Below are positions 13,520-28,258 of a stretch of 64,000 bases of DNA, in pieces. Source of the stretch: Octopus vulgaris (taxonomy: Eukaryota). Location: the NCBI GenBank assembly GCA_951406725.2, contig OX597829.1:44268001-44332000 (forward strand), given 5' to 3'. Under the pieces are notes generated by a model that saw only the letters and a program-made list of their open reading frames with translations, ran no database searches and was not told where the DNA came from. The position numbers and the translations under genes are program-made. The stretch's first letter is position 1, and every line of letters starts with the position of its first letter.

Positions 13520-13888
13520 AATAAAATAAGTGTTCCTTCTCGAGCCATGCCAGGCTCAGGGGCCCGGTCCCCCGGTTTCTATGGCGTATGTGCTCCCCCT
13601 CCCCAGCTGGACGGGACGCCAGTCCATCGCAAAATAAACGTTCCTTCTCGAGCCATGCCAGGCTCATAATGGCCGGTTTCCCGGTTTCAGTGGCGTAGAA
13701 ATTCCTCACCTGGACGGGACGCCGCTCCGTCGCAGGATTACTCATTTTTGCCAGCTGAGTGGACTGGAGCAACGTGAAAATGAAGTGTTTTACCTCAGGA
13801 ACACAACGCATCACCCGGTCCAGGAATGGAAACCACAATCTTACGATCATGAGTTCAACACCCTAATCAATAAGCCACGCGCCTCCAT
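13520..13888 (-). mobile_element. tRNA-derived SINE (head type 2/CORE-like + V-like tail, tail duplicated) with 14-bp TSD
   Basis: TSD atactagattataa at 13506-13519 and 13889-13902; the tail module is present twice. Confidence 0.85.
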
Positions 13889-14061
13889 ATACTAGATTAT
13901 AAGGAAGTGTAAAAGAACTGAGCCTTTCCATTCGACGGGTACACTTTTTCTGCAAAGAAGGAATGCGTTTACATTCTTAGACATTTGAAATCCACATTGT
14001 CTAATATTTCAATTTATCCCAGGCCTTCTGGCTCATGCATTTATCCTACAAATGTACACGT

Positions 14062-14840
14062 GTATGTATGTATGTATGTATGTATGTATGTATGTATGTA
14101 TGTATGTATGTATGTATTATGTGTGTATGTATGCATGTATGTATGTATTATGCTTGGATGTATGCATGTATGTATGTATGTATTATGCTTGGATGTATAT
14201 ATGTATGTATGTATATATGTATCTATGTATGTATGTATGTATGTATGTATGTATTTATGTATGTATGTATGTATGTATGTATGTACGTATGCATGTATGT
14301 ATGTATTATGTGTGTATGTATGCATGTATGTATGTATTATGCTTGGATGTATGTATGTATGTATGTATGTATGAATGTATGTATGTATGTATGTATGTAT
14401 TTATGTATGTATGTACGTATGCATGTATGTATGTATGTATGTATGTATGTATGTATGTATGTATGTTTGTATGTATGTATGTATGTATGTATGCATGCAT
14501 GCATGCATGTATATATATATGTATGTATTTATGTATGTATGTATTCATGAATGTATGTATGTATGTATGTTTGTATTTATGTATGTATGTATTCATGTAT
14601 GTATGTATTCATGTATGTATGTATGTATGTATGTTTGTATTTATGTATGTATGTATTCATGTATGTATGTATGTATGTATGTATGTTTGTATGTATGTAT
14701 GCATGCATGCATGCATGCATGCATGCATGCATGTATGTATGTATGTATTTATGTATGTATGTATGTATGTATGTATGCATATATGTAAGTATGCATGTAT
14801 GTATGTTTTACGCATGTATGTATGTATGTATGCATGCATG
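14062..14840. repeat. (TATG)n/(TGCA)n microsatellite field
   Basis: Direct reading of the sequence. Confidence 0.95.
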
Positions 14841-15275
14841 TGGCCTGGAAGATGTTTGTGCCTTATTCGAAGTAGAGATAGTGTCTGGGACAGTTTGCAC
14901 TGTACATCATGTTTAAGTTTGTCTTTGTACCCAGGCTGGACGTGGAGAACTTAATTCACATCTGCCTGCATCAGACAAGCAATAGCAATAGAAGAGATCA
15001 ACAGAGGGGTGTCCAAAGCCAGCACTATGTAAGGCAGACAGTGAAGGGGGTTGTGCGCGAATACAGGAGTAACACGTCCCGCTGCAATTCTGAATGTCTG
15101 CCATTTCCACTAACTTCTTATGCGTATATAAATCTTGGTCACTTTAGAGGATGTATGCGTAATATTGAAACGATTTCTTGTTCAAAGACTCTGTACCTGC
15201 TCGTCAAACTACTCTTCCTTCACTGAAATACTTCCATTGACTAAAATCTTAAGAGTATTTATTTACACACACACA

Positions 15276-15348
<73 letters not shown>

Positions 15349-15629
15349 ACATAAACACACACACACATAAACACACACATAAACACACACACACACAAAC
15401 ATACACACACACACACACACACGCATACGCGCACACACATACGTACATGTATGTGAGAGTGTGTATGTGTGTGTACGCGCGTACACGCGACATGTTATAT
15501 TTGGAGAGGGTCATAGTTTTTTCGACAATTGATCACAGGCACTATTAAGCAAATATGACCATTCCGACAAAATATAACAATATCTGTTTCAACAACACAT
15601 CAGGACTATTGCAAAACAAATAGATAACC

Positions 15630-15692
<63 letters not shown>

Positions 15693-15696
<4 letters not shown>

Positions 15697-16097
15697 GTGA
15701 AATAGAAAGATGAATAATCTTGTAGTAGATTAATCAAAAGTTTAACCGATACCTTAGTAGCAAAAATCACAGCAGTAAACAGCACGGCTGGAGGTACAAC
15801 CATATGGTGTTGCAACCATGCGTTGGTGCGGATAATTGAAATTAAAACATTATTGGTGAATTGAAGAAATGGGCTCTTAGGAGCATAGTTCGATTTGTTT
15901 TTGCTCCGCCTCTGTTCTGTTTTTGTTTTTCCAACGGATTTCCTATTTTCTTCCTGAAGAGAAAGACACAATATGGTCCCATTATTCAATCGGAATTTGG
16001 TAATTTGTGCCTTTCGAAACACGTGTAGAATGAAATAAAACGATTTCTGTTCAATCTGCGTTCAGCTCCATTTCTTCAATTCACCAATAATGTTTTA
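15693..16097. mobile_element. PLE-like miniature element between (TA)n tracts with a 29-bp inverted repeat
   Basis: aaaacattattggtgaattgaagaaatgg (about 15845-15873) is inverted at about 16068-16096; a hammerhead motif lies between the arms. Confidence 0.65.
15951..16030 (+). ncRNA. Type-I hammerhead ribozyme, canonical core
   Basis: UUC-CUGAAGA-GAAAGaCACAA(loop)UUGUGcCUUUC-GAAAC-acgu-GUA-GAA; stem II pairs at 10 of 11 positions, stem III is the palindrome ACACGUGU, cleavage triplet GUA. Confidence 0.85.
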
Positions 16098-16104
16098 TAT
16101 AATA

Positions 16105-16153
<49 letters not shown>

Positions 16154-16678
16154 CAAACACACACACACACACATAATATATACATAGGTCTGTGTGTATG
16201 TATGTTACAATCGAGAAGGTGAATCACAATGACCATTTTGTGTGAACAGTTTGTGAGAGGTGATGCTTTTCTCTGGCCGGGCTCAAATCTCATTTGCGAA
16301 CCCATGAAAAAACGAACCTCCACCTTCTATTCTGCCTTTTATGTATGTGCACACCTGCCAATTCAGTGTATGCGAGAAGGTTTGCAATTCAAACTGAGGC
16401 CTCAAAAGACACTTTAAGATCCACAAAGATGAGAACTTGTCTGCAACTCTCAGTGGTCCAAATCGGTTACGCAATCTATGTCGGTGCCTTTTCAATACAT
16501 TGTCTGGTTTAAAAAGCCACATCTGACGCCATGATGGATCTAAGGTGTAAGTGCAAGAGGTGGTAAGACTCTGCATAAACAGTAGACAACCAGCATGTTG
16601 TGTGTGTGTGTATAAATATATATGTGTGTGTGTGTTTGTATATGTATGTGTATGTATATATGTATATATATGTATATG

Positions 16679-16732
<54 letters not shown>

Positions 16733-16824
16733 GGGAGAGTTTACGAAAAAAAAACAAAAGACGAAGATAGGTGGTGTACAAAACAAGCAGATATATTAGT
16801 ATAACGCTCAGGAATAGAAAAAGT

Positions 16825-16860
16825 CTTTTACGTTTCGAGTCTACGCTCTTCTACAGAAAG
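16825..16860 (-). ncRNA. Minimal hammerhead (A6U core) in a solo PLE end, about 16732-16927, flanked by (TA)n
   Basis: Minus strand: CUUU-CUGUAGA-A-GAGC(guag)ACUC-GAAAC-GUA-AAAG; same family as the motifs at 61524 and 62798. Confidence 0.6.
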
Positions 16861-16925
16861 GGACACAGAAAAAAAAAAACAAGGAGAGAAACAAGGAGAG
16901 AAAAAAAGTGTGTAGTGGCTAACGA

Positions 16926-16962
<37 letters not shown>

Positions 16963-17784
16963 TACGCGCGTGCATCCGCGCCCGCACAAACACATACATA
17001 CGTTGCTTATGCATGCTGGTTGTTTATAACGAGTAACGGTTACATCGTTGAGAAGAGAATAAAATAGCTTTCGGATTGATACGACAAATACTTCAACTTA
17101 AAGTAAAGTATGTATGTGTGTGATTTTTATTTTTGTAGATAGAAATATATACAGATATCTGAAATAAATACAGATATCTATTTGAATGTATGTTTACGTG
17201 GCTGCGTGTGTTTCTGTGTGTGTATGTGTGTGTGTGTTTCTCTGTGTTTCTCTGTGTTGAAGGGAGTGACAATGAGTGTGTGTGTGTGTGAGAAGCGCAG
17301 GTATTCGCATTGTTAAATTATATGTATTCTGTACGCAAATATGTTTTGTATATCTTCTTTATGGATTTTATAAAATGCGCCATATTTAACGTTCGTCACT
17401 CGAAATGTCACAGCGGTTAAATGTAAAACGACGTCGTGTCATAGAATAATAAGAAAAGTTAACATAACCATACTGCCCTATCGCTGTAAATGCAATCTTT
17501 AGTGCAATAATAAAAGGTCAAGGAAAATCTATACTAAATGATATTTATAAAAATGAAAATAGGAATGACAAAAGAAAGTTTCCTGATATAAATAATAAAG
17601 ATTTAAGCGTAGGCATGGATAAGCTGTCAAGAAGTTCGATTTCCAACTAAATGGAGTCCGACTGTCGGACACCCTGGGCTAGTTTTGCTACTGGCCCGGA
17701 TTCACCAAACACCAAATATATTATGACGACGGATATTAGTGAAAGTTTCTCATATGTGTGTGTTTGTGTGTATCTGTGTACATG

Positions 17785-17835
<51 letters not shown>

Positions 17836-17851
17836 AAAAAATATATATAAA

Positions 17852-18170
17852 AATACAAAATGGGACAAGAACGCAAAACACTCAAAGAGATGACACAAAA
17901 TACGGACGGGTCATTCAAAGCCTCTAATCTTCAGTCAAGAACTGGATCATCCTCACAATTTCGGTTGATTAATCTTGAGATCGCTCCGATCCGGCCAGCC
18001 CCAAGGAAAAACTAAGCTACGAGCATTAGATTTCTTGGAAAAGGATAGAATGTACACGAAACAAGGCCAGAAAAACGGACGATGCCACACGAATATAAAT
18101 ACAAAAAACAATAATAGTAATAACAGGACAAAAACAGCGGGTGTCTTACGACTTTAGACAGTTCAACTTA
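17852..18170 (-). mobile_element. Unclassified interspersed element abutting (TA)n
   Basis: Compositionally distinct block starting at a (TA)n tract, placed like the PLE ends; no canonical HHR could be folded. Confidence 0.35.
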
Positions 18171-18590
18171 GCTTAGCTGGCGTTTTTGGAGAAAATGTCT
18201 TTGCGGCATACCTATGATTGCCAATTTCCTCTAGGAGAGGGGAACTGGATTTGCTGTAGTACCTTCATGTAACTGGGCAACAGTTGCATACTCAACTCTT
18301 TTTGCATATATCATCTCCAAATTAGGATTATTATTATGTAACTCCAGACATCCTGAAACAGCTGTCGAGTTGATAATACATTATTTCTTTACAGGTTATT
18401 TTGTACTTCTTGTGCACCACAGACTAACATGTGAGTGTGCGTACGTGTGTGTGCGTGTGGGTGCACGTGCGAAGCGCAATGGCTCGATTTTTTTTTTGTT
18501 TTCCGTGAGGTGACTTCTAATGACAATAATAAAAAGAAGACAAATGTACAGAAATCTTATTTTAGGCAATATACGTATATATATATATAA

Positions 18591-18657
<67 letters not shown>

Positions 18658-18864
18658 TATATATATATAAATATATATATATATAATATTTGCATGGTCG
18701 ACCGGTTTCACTTGTGATAAAACTTTACCGACGAGTCAGTGATAATGCTACACTTTCATGCTGTCATTAGTAGTTTCCATTCCATGTTTGTATATGTATT
18801 TAAAGGCGGTGTTCCAACATGGCCGAGTCATATGATTGAAACAAATAAAAGAATATATATATAT

Positions 18865-19290
18865 AGGCGCAGGAGTGGCTGTGTGGTAAGTAGCTTGCTA
18901 ACCAACCACATGGTTGCGGGTTCAGTTCAGTCCCACTGCGTGGCATCTTGGGCAAGTGTCTTCTGCTATAGCCCCGGGCCGACCAATGCCTTGTGAGTGG
19001 ATTTGGTAGACGGAAACTGAAAGAAGCCCGTCGTATATATGCATATATATATGTGTGTGTGTGTGTGTGTTTGTGTGTCTGTGTTTGTCCCCCCCCCCCA
19101 ACATCGCTTGACAACCGATGCTGGTGTGTTTACGTCCCCGTCACTTAGCGGTTCGGCAAAAGAGACCGATAGAATAAGTACTGGGCTTACAAAGAATAAG
19201 TCCCGGGGTCGATTTGCTCGACTAAAGGCGGTGCTCCAGCATGGCCTCAGTCAAATGACTGAAACAAGTAAAAGAGTAAAGAGTAAAGAG
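18865..19290 (+). mobile_element. SINE family A, full length
   Basis: Complete homology, with a (TAAAGAG)n-like tail. Confidence 0.9.
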
Positions 19291-19311
19291 TATATATATA
19301 TATATATATAT

Positions 19312-19566
19312 ATTTATATTGTATAGAGGGCATTATTACACATAAATGCCTCACACTAAGAGGGACATAAGTCATTACTACCAAAATTTCACTAATCGCA
19401 CCTAATGCAGTTTTTCAAAGCAAGACATTTAAAAAATTCATTTTTTAAATGTCTTGCTTTGAAAAACTGCATTGGGTACGATTAGTGAAATTTTTGGTAG
19501 TAATGACTTATGTCCCTCTTAGTGTGAGGCATTTATGTGTAATAATGCCCTCTATACAATATAAAT
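19312..19566. repeat. Near-perfect 255-bp palindrome (arms of about 125 bp, 4-nt loop)
   Basis: 19312-19436 is the reverse complement of 19441-19566 with about 2 substitutions and 1 indel. Confidence 0.95.
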
Positions 19567-19800
19567 TAATATTTTCAAAAGAAAAAAAAATTATTTTCGA
19601 ATTTTTTTCTCTTATGAGGTTTTTCACGCTAACTACCTGATAATTTCTTGTTAAGATTCCTTATTAAAAAGTTATCCTTAATTGTTAAATATATATATAT
19701 ACGTTCAACAAAATTTAGATCCAAATGAATGTGGTACTTAAATTAGATGCACCAGAATTTTGTACGGTTTCATCCATATAAATCCATGGGGTGGTCATAC

Positions 19801-20169
19801 TCAAAATAAGCAACAGGAATATCTTCGGTAATTTGGTACGATCGTTTCATGCTACATCATTTCATTAAACATTGTAAGCATTATAACAGCCAATTTATAG
19901 AGGTTTTCCATCAATACATATACATATTTTCATGTTAATTGATAACATTATAAAGAGGGTAGATATATATAGACAGAGATGTTGATTTGAATGTTAAGAA
20001 CATTAAGGTATTAGAATTTATCTTCTGATATTGATGGAAAACCTCTATAAATTGGCTGCTGATTGCACAACATTTTAAAACTGTTGTAATGCTTACAATG
20101 TTTAACGAAATGATGTAGCGTAAAACGATCGTACCAAATTACCGAAGATATTCTTGTTGCTTATTTTGA
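19801..20169. repeat. Fold-back inverted repeat (arms 19801-19916 and 20029-20169) carrying a degenerate long-stem-II hammerhead
   Basis: Arms are reverse complementary apart from a 25-nt indel. Right arm: UUGG-CUGCUGA-long hairpin-AAAAC-gauc-GUA-CCAA (20052-20137). The left arm retains GAAAC. Confidence 0.85.
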
Positions 20170-20196
20170 TTATATATATATAATATATATGCATTT

Positions 20197-20289
<93 letters not shown>

Positions 20290-20420
20290 AGAGTTTATAT
20301 ATATAAATACATGTACCGGAGTAAGCACATAAATGTGAAACAAGGTGGAAAAAACGACTACTCAAATACCAGAGGTAGTGTTATATGCTTTATTTAAAAG
20401 CAGCAGAAATATAACAAAAG

Positions 20421-20458
20421 CTGTTACTCGGAGTTTCACGCTCCCGTTCATCGGACAG
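20421..20458 (-). ncRNA. Minimal type-I hammerhead (U4C core) in a PLE-like end starting at about 20305
   Basis: Minus strand: CUGU-CCGAUGA-ACG(ggag)CGU-GAAAC-uccga-GUA-ACAG; stem I extends via AACAAAA/UUUUGUU. Confidence 0.75.
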
Positions 20459-21311
20459 TTTTGTTAAAATAGAACCGAAATAATAATTTGATCAAAACTA
20501 GTTAAAGGATACACCTTTAAAAATGGATTTGTTTCATTGGTCCTTTCGAATAACGGTCTTAAGCAAGCGATAAACAAAATAAACAAAATAAATGAATTCA
20601 ATATAAATTATAAAAATCGAGGAAAAACCTTAAATCGAAGAGCGGATTCAAAATACATATTGTCATTAATTATATAGAAAATATAATTTGATTAATACAA
20701 TTAATACATAAAAATTAAAATTAAAATATATTAAAATATTTCACAACAGTATATTCTCATACTAAGCCATCAATATACATATATACATCAAAATACACAG
20801 ATAGATGTACACAGACCACATACATATACAGACATAAATGCAAAACGTAAATATACACACAAATACACGTATACATGTGTATACGCAATCTTGCTCGCAT
20901 GCAAAAATCACTTGGTGTATATATATATAGACTAGAAGTAAAACGCAGAGAGAAAAGAAAAGGTAAGGATCTTATAAGCAACAGAAAGCTAAAGACGTGA
21001 GTAAGAGAAGGGGAGAGGGGCGTAAAGTTACAGGACTCTATACAAGTAACGAATAGGGAGAGAAAAATAATAACGAAAGAAAGGAAGAAAGAAAGAAGTC
21101 TGAATAGGTGTAACGAACGTTCACAAAATAAAATTACGTATACATGTGTATATAAAAGTGTATATACATATATAAAGACACATATATAAATGTCCTTATA
21201 TACAACAGGTGGCAGTCACTGAGCAGTAATCAAGCCCAAATATACAAGATAACCCAGACAAATTAGGGTAAATTATCTCGTCTAACTGTATTCTCTAACC
21301 TTTCTGCGCAT

Positions 21312-21699
21312 GGATGGAAGCACTCCGTCGGTTACGACGACAAGGGTTCCGGTTGATCCGAATCAACCGGAACAGCCTGCTCGTGAAATTAACGTGTAAG
21401 TGGCTGAGCACTCCACAGACACGTGTACCCTTAACGTAGTTCTCGGGGATATTCAGCGTGACACAGAGAGTGACAAGGCCGGCCCTTTGAAATACAGGTA
21501 CAACAGAAACAGGAAGTAGAGTGAGAGAAAGTTGTGGTGAAAGAGTACAGCAGGGATCGCCACCATACCCTGCCGGAGCCTCGTGGAGCTTTTAGGTGTT
21601 TTCGCTCAATAAACACTCACAACGCCCGGTCTGGGAATCGAAGCCGCGATCCTATGACCGCGAGTCCGCTGTCCTAACCACTGGGCCATTGCGCCTCCA
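21312..21699 (-). mobile_element. tRNA-derived SINE (head type 1 + tail type X) with 12-13-bp TSD
   Basis: TSD ctttctgcgcat at 21300-21311 and 21701-21712; A and B boxes on the minus strand. Confidence 0.9.
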
Positions 21700-22342
21700 C
21701 CTTTCTGCGCATACTGAGACTAGAACTTATCACCGAAGTCAAACGCAACTGTCTTCAATCCTTTCGATCTTGTTTTCTATTGTATAGAGGAAACAAATTG
21801 AAAGTATAGAATCTCTTTGTAAAGGCATCGGACAAAAGAAAATTTCGTGCTTTTCTCGACCAAAGAAAGCAAGGCGATTCTTTGGAGGGTCTCGTGTAAT
21901 ATCTGGATAACTTCATATTATGCAACAAACAACTGTTTGGCATAATTTCAGAAGTCATTGATGTTTCGACACTGAATGAAACTATGAGCTCAGATTAGTT
22001 CCGTTATCATGCGTAAAAGCGTTTATTGATACATGTTAAGTAATGCTTACTTCCGCATTACTTTAGGGAAAAATCTTGCGCGTGCAAGTGTGTACTTGCG
22101 TGTATGTGTGTCACGCAGATACGCAGAGACACACACATATTATGATATTAGTAAGCACTCTCTATTCATCTTATACAGCATTGAATTCAGGATTTAACTG
22201 AGAGACACACGAGTCAACATGGAAACGTCAAGACGGTCGTTTGACATGCGAGACTTAAACGCAAAATATTTCTCAAAATAGAATCAACCATGTTATAGAA
22301 CGCATGGAGATATTGGATGCGTGCGGTATTTCGTCTGTTTGA

Positions 22343-22710
22343 AGGCGGCGAGCTGGCAGAAGCGTTAGCACACCGGGCGAAATGCTTTGCAGTATTTCGT
22401 CTGCCGTTACGTTCTGAGTTCAAATTCCGCCGAGGTCGACTTTGCCTTTCATCCTTTCGGGGTCGATAAATTAAGCACCAGTTACGCACTGGGGTCGATG
22501 TAATCGACTTAATACCTATGTCTGTCCTTGTTTGTCCCCTCTATGTTTAGCCCCTTGTAGGGTAGTAAAGAAATAGGTATTTCGTCTGTCTCTATGTTCT
22601 GAGCTCAAATTCCGTTGAGGTCGATAAATTGCGTACTGAGGTCGATCTAATCGACTAGCCCCCTCCCCCCAAAATTTCGCGCCTTGTACCTAGAGTAGAA
22701 AAGAATATTG
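22343..22710 (+). mobile_element. SINE family B, full copy plus a partial second unit
   Basis: Homology to the other family B copies. Confidence 0.9.
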
Positions 22711-23719
22711 CTCAAGATAGTTCCATTATACGTGAATATAGGATGGCTATGACTAAAAAGTCTTTGACTATAGATCTTCTTAATCAGACCAGACCAGAAT
22801 TTAAAGAACGACAACAGCAAGAACAACAATAACACAGGAAATATTTTGACAGCAAGATTTTATGCCCCTCGAGTAACAGAACCTACTTCTAGCACTTTGA
22901 GGGTAGGAATTCGAACTTAGAGATTCAGGTGTTTTCGAAAATACCAAGCTTCGTTTCAAACTGACACAAAGAGTGTAAACCACATAGTCATCGTAACAAA
23001 GCGTAAACGAAAACGTGGTTCCGGTGATGGTCGCCAAATCCAATTCTTCTGGGATGAGGCCGTTACTAAAATGAGTTCGGTCCAGGTTCATATCATACCA
23101 CGTGCATATACAGAACTCATTTTTAGTACAGCCAAATTGGGATATGTAGAAAGTGCATATATAGAACTAATTTTTAGTACAGCCAAATTTAGTAAAGCCA
23201 AATTCGTGGCTGAAGGGAAGGCTTCATTTAAAGGCTTAGTAATTTGTCCGCTGTCTAAAGATACCCAGGTTGCCCGGGAATCCTTAATTTTCTCTTTCTT
23301 TTTCTACCTTCTTTTTCTTGTACATCATTGTTTACTTATCTTCTCACTAATCCTCACCACTAGTATCACCACCACCACAACTACCACTGCCACCAACACA
23401 ACCACCTCCGTCACAACTGTCACCACCACTACTGCCGCCACCACCGAACCCACCACCACCATCACTATTACAGTCCGCATCTCACTTTGCTCTGTAAGTT
23501 TGTAAAGAAATGTTGCTTATCTGATTGTTTAGGGTTTTCTTACACAATGTTGTTGTTTATGTTGCTGTGGATGTAACATTGAAAAACAGAATTGTTCATT
23601 CCATTTGCCGATCACATATGTGGTGGTGGTGGTGGTTTTGATGATCACCATTTTGGTTGTGGTGATTATGATGGTCGTGGTGGTTACGGGGAAGACATAA
23701 TAAATGGCGGTGAAGGAAA

Positions 23720-23780
23720 AGAATGATGATGGACAAGAAGAAGAAGAAGAAGAAGATGATGATGATGATGATGATGGTGG

Positions 23781-23821
<41 letters not shown>

Positions 23822-24015
23822 TTGAAGAAGAAGATGAAGAAGATGATGATGAGGATGATGATGATGATGATATTGAAGAAGATGGCCTTGTGTTCCTTAG
23901 GAACCGAAAGAATATTCTGCGACACTGACAAATTCTTCATACATCCAATATCGAAAAATTCAAATGTAACAACATGGTAGCAAAATAAATAAATAAATAG
24001 ATAAATAAATGAATA

Positions 24016-24104
<89 letters not shown>

Positions 24105-24130
24105 TAACAATGTTAATAATAATAAAATAT
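23720..24130. repeat. (GAT)n/(GAA)n and (TAA)n microsatellites
   Basis: Direct reading of the sequence. Confidence 0.9.
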
Positions 24131-24739
24131 AAATAATAAAATAACATATTTTCAACAAAGATGAAGAAGACAATAGTAAGCAACACTAGTGCCATGCATC
24201 TGGGAGATGCCAATCTGTCAAAATGCCGATATATCAACACATTTGCAAACATAGAAATGTGGTCTAAGAGACATCAAACGAAAACACAGGCAGAATTTGC
24301 GGTTTTGATTGACATGACATTTTTCCATTAGATATTTTCGAAAAGTTGAATACTTTAGCTTTCTAAGGGACAACTTGAAGCGGCTCTCAGACCGACAAAC
24401 ACGTACATTATCTCTGGAACTGCAGTTAATCCATTATACCATTTTACAGGACCATTTTACGCCACTTTAGAAAGAGAAGTTTGCAGCCTTTTTCTTTTTT
24501 TTTCAGTCCAGTCACGTTAATGAAATATTTGCTACTTAGGCTTTCTCAAGAGTTCCAAAATCCTTTTCCTTCGTAGATGCAAAGGTTAACAATTCAGCAC
24601 GAAATCTGATAAGAGATTCACCTTTTCTGTATTCCCCAAAAACATCATGTGCAAGACTTATCTCTAGACATTATTATTCTTGATATTGTTGTTATTGTTG
24701 TTGTTCTTCTTCTTTTCGTTTCTTCTTCTTCTTCTTCTT

Positions 24740-24870
<131 letters not shown>

Positions 24871-24977
24871 TTTTTTTCTTCATTCAAATTTGCTTCCATT
24901 TCTTGCCGAGTGTCTTCCCGACTCCTAGGGCAAAGCAACTCATAGTATACATTGGTATACATAAATAGTATACATAA

Positions 24978-25046
<69 letters not shown>

Positions 25047-25666
25047 TACTTTGACACTTTAGTTCCAGTCACATACACTGTATTTGGTTTACGAAAAGCC
25101 CAAATACCAATAACTTAACTTCTGTGTTCTTCGGATTGCTTCGGAAAAATTATGAACTACCCTCCATCGATCTTTCAGCAAAGTTGTTGGTATATTGTCT
25201 AATTTAAAAAAATTTTTTTGATTCAAGTCTGATTATTTCTGTTTATTATCTCCTATAAGCCAGTGTTCAACAGCCATTTTTTAAATTTATGGTACATTTG
25301 TATTCCTTTGAAAATTCAGCGGTACACCTAGACTAAAAATATAACTATAAGTATAAAATAAAATAAAAATAAAGGTGAATTATCCAAACCCCAAAGAATT
25401 CCTCTCAACACATGGCTATGATGCTCCATCACTACTTCTGCTCGTGATCAGAGATGCACATATCGTCATCCACTAAGGGACATGGTCAACTGGTTATGGT
25501 CAAACAACTGACATGCAAATCTGTGGTATTGAGCAGAATATTTACTGTAGCCCATCTTTTATAGCAAGACAAAACAATGTACATGATAACACTTCCAATC
25601 AGTTAAGATCAGAAGCCATGAGAGCCACTGCCTGGTACTACATCAGGGCATTTATGGTACTGCATC

Positions 25667-27305
<1,639 letters not shown>

Positions 27306-27994
27306 TTTTCCAAATCTTGGAGAAACAGTTATGAAAAATGAATGTAAATGATGGTTGAAATAAGCAGTAGAGACAGAGGAAATTAACGCTGAATGAAGAG
27401 ACATTTCATATGAAAACTGTTTTTCCTTTCTCAAGAGAATACGTTAAAATTTGCCTTAAAATTTTACAAGCTACTTCATTTTCTTCATTACTCGAGACCT
27501 TTTTTTTTCTTTATAGTTTTCTTGCTCAAGCACATGTTTTCTATATTTCTAAGCTCTAACTTATGATATTCTTTATTTTTATTATTTGTTTTCGTTTCTG
27601 TTCTGTTCTGTTCTGTTTGTCGTCTTCTTTTCATCTTTATTTTCTCTTCAAGCTTGGAATTCTTCCAGTTGATGAAGGATAAATCCATCCGAAAGCTAGA
27701 AACAGACGGAAGTGGGGAAAATGTGAGTGTGTGTGCGTACGTACGTACGTGCGCGTGTGCGTGCGTATGTGTGTGTGCATGTGTGTGCATGTGTGTGTGT
27801 GTTCGTGTGTGTGCGTGTATATGTGTGTGTATGTGTCTGTGTGTGCGCGTATGTGTGTGTGTGTGTGCGTGTGTGTGTGTGTTTGTGTGTGTGCATGTGT
27901 GTGCATGTGTGTGTGTGTTCGTTTGCGTGCGTGTACATAAACGCATACACTGAGATAGAGAGTGAGTGAGAAAGAAAGAGAAAAAGATATAGAA

Positions 27995-28044
<50 letters not shown>

Positions 28045-28258
28045 GGACAGTTATAATAACTATCATAATTTTTCTAATCATCGTTTTCAGCACGAGCTAT
28101 CTCCATAACAACCAACACCACCATTTTCCATCATATCTTCCATCAAGGTCATTAACACCTGACCGTCCCCCATTATAAACACTATCACTAGTAGAAACAA
28201 TAACCATCGGCAATAATAAGAATAACAACAATATTAACGCTTCCAGCGGTTATAATTA

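Noticed and set aside
17895-17990. CUGAAGA and GAAA motifs on the minus strand
   Set aside because: I could not build consistent stems I-III in any hammerhead topology.
22801-23091. Complex-sequence ORFs (also 44367-44681 and 14909-15226)
   Set aside because: No recognisable domain and no convincing splice or codon evidence.
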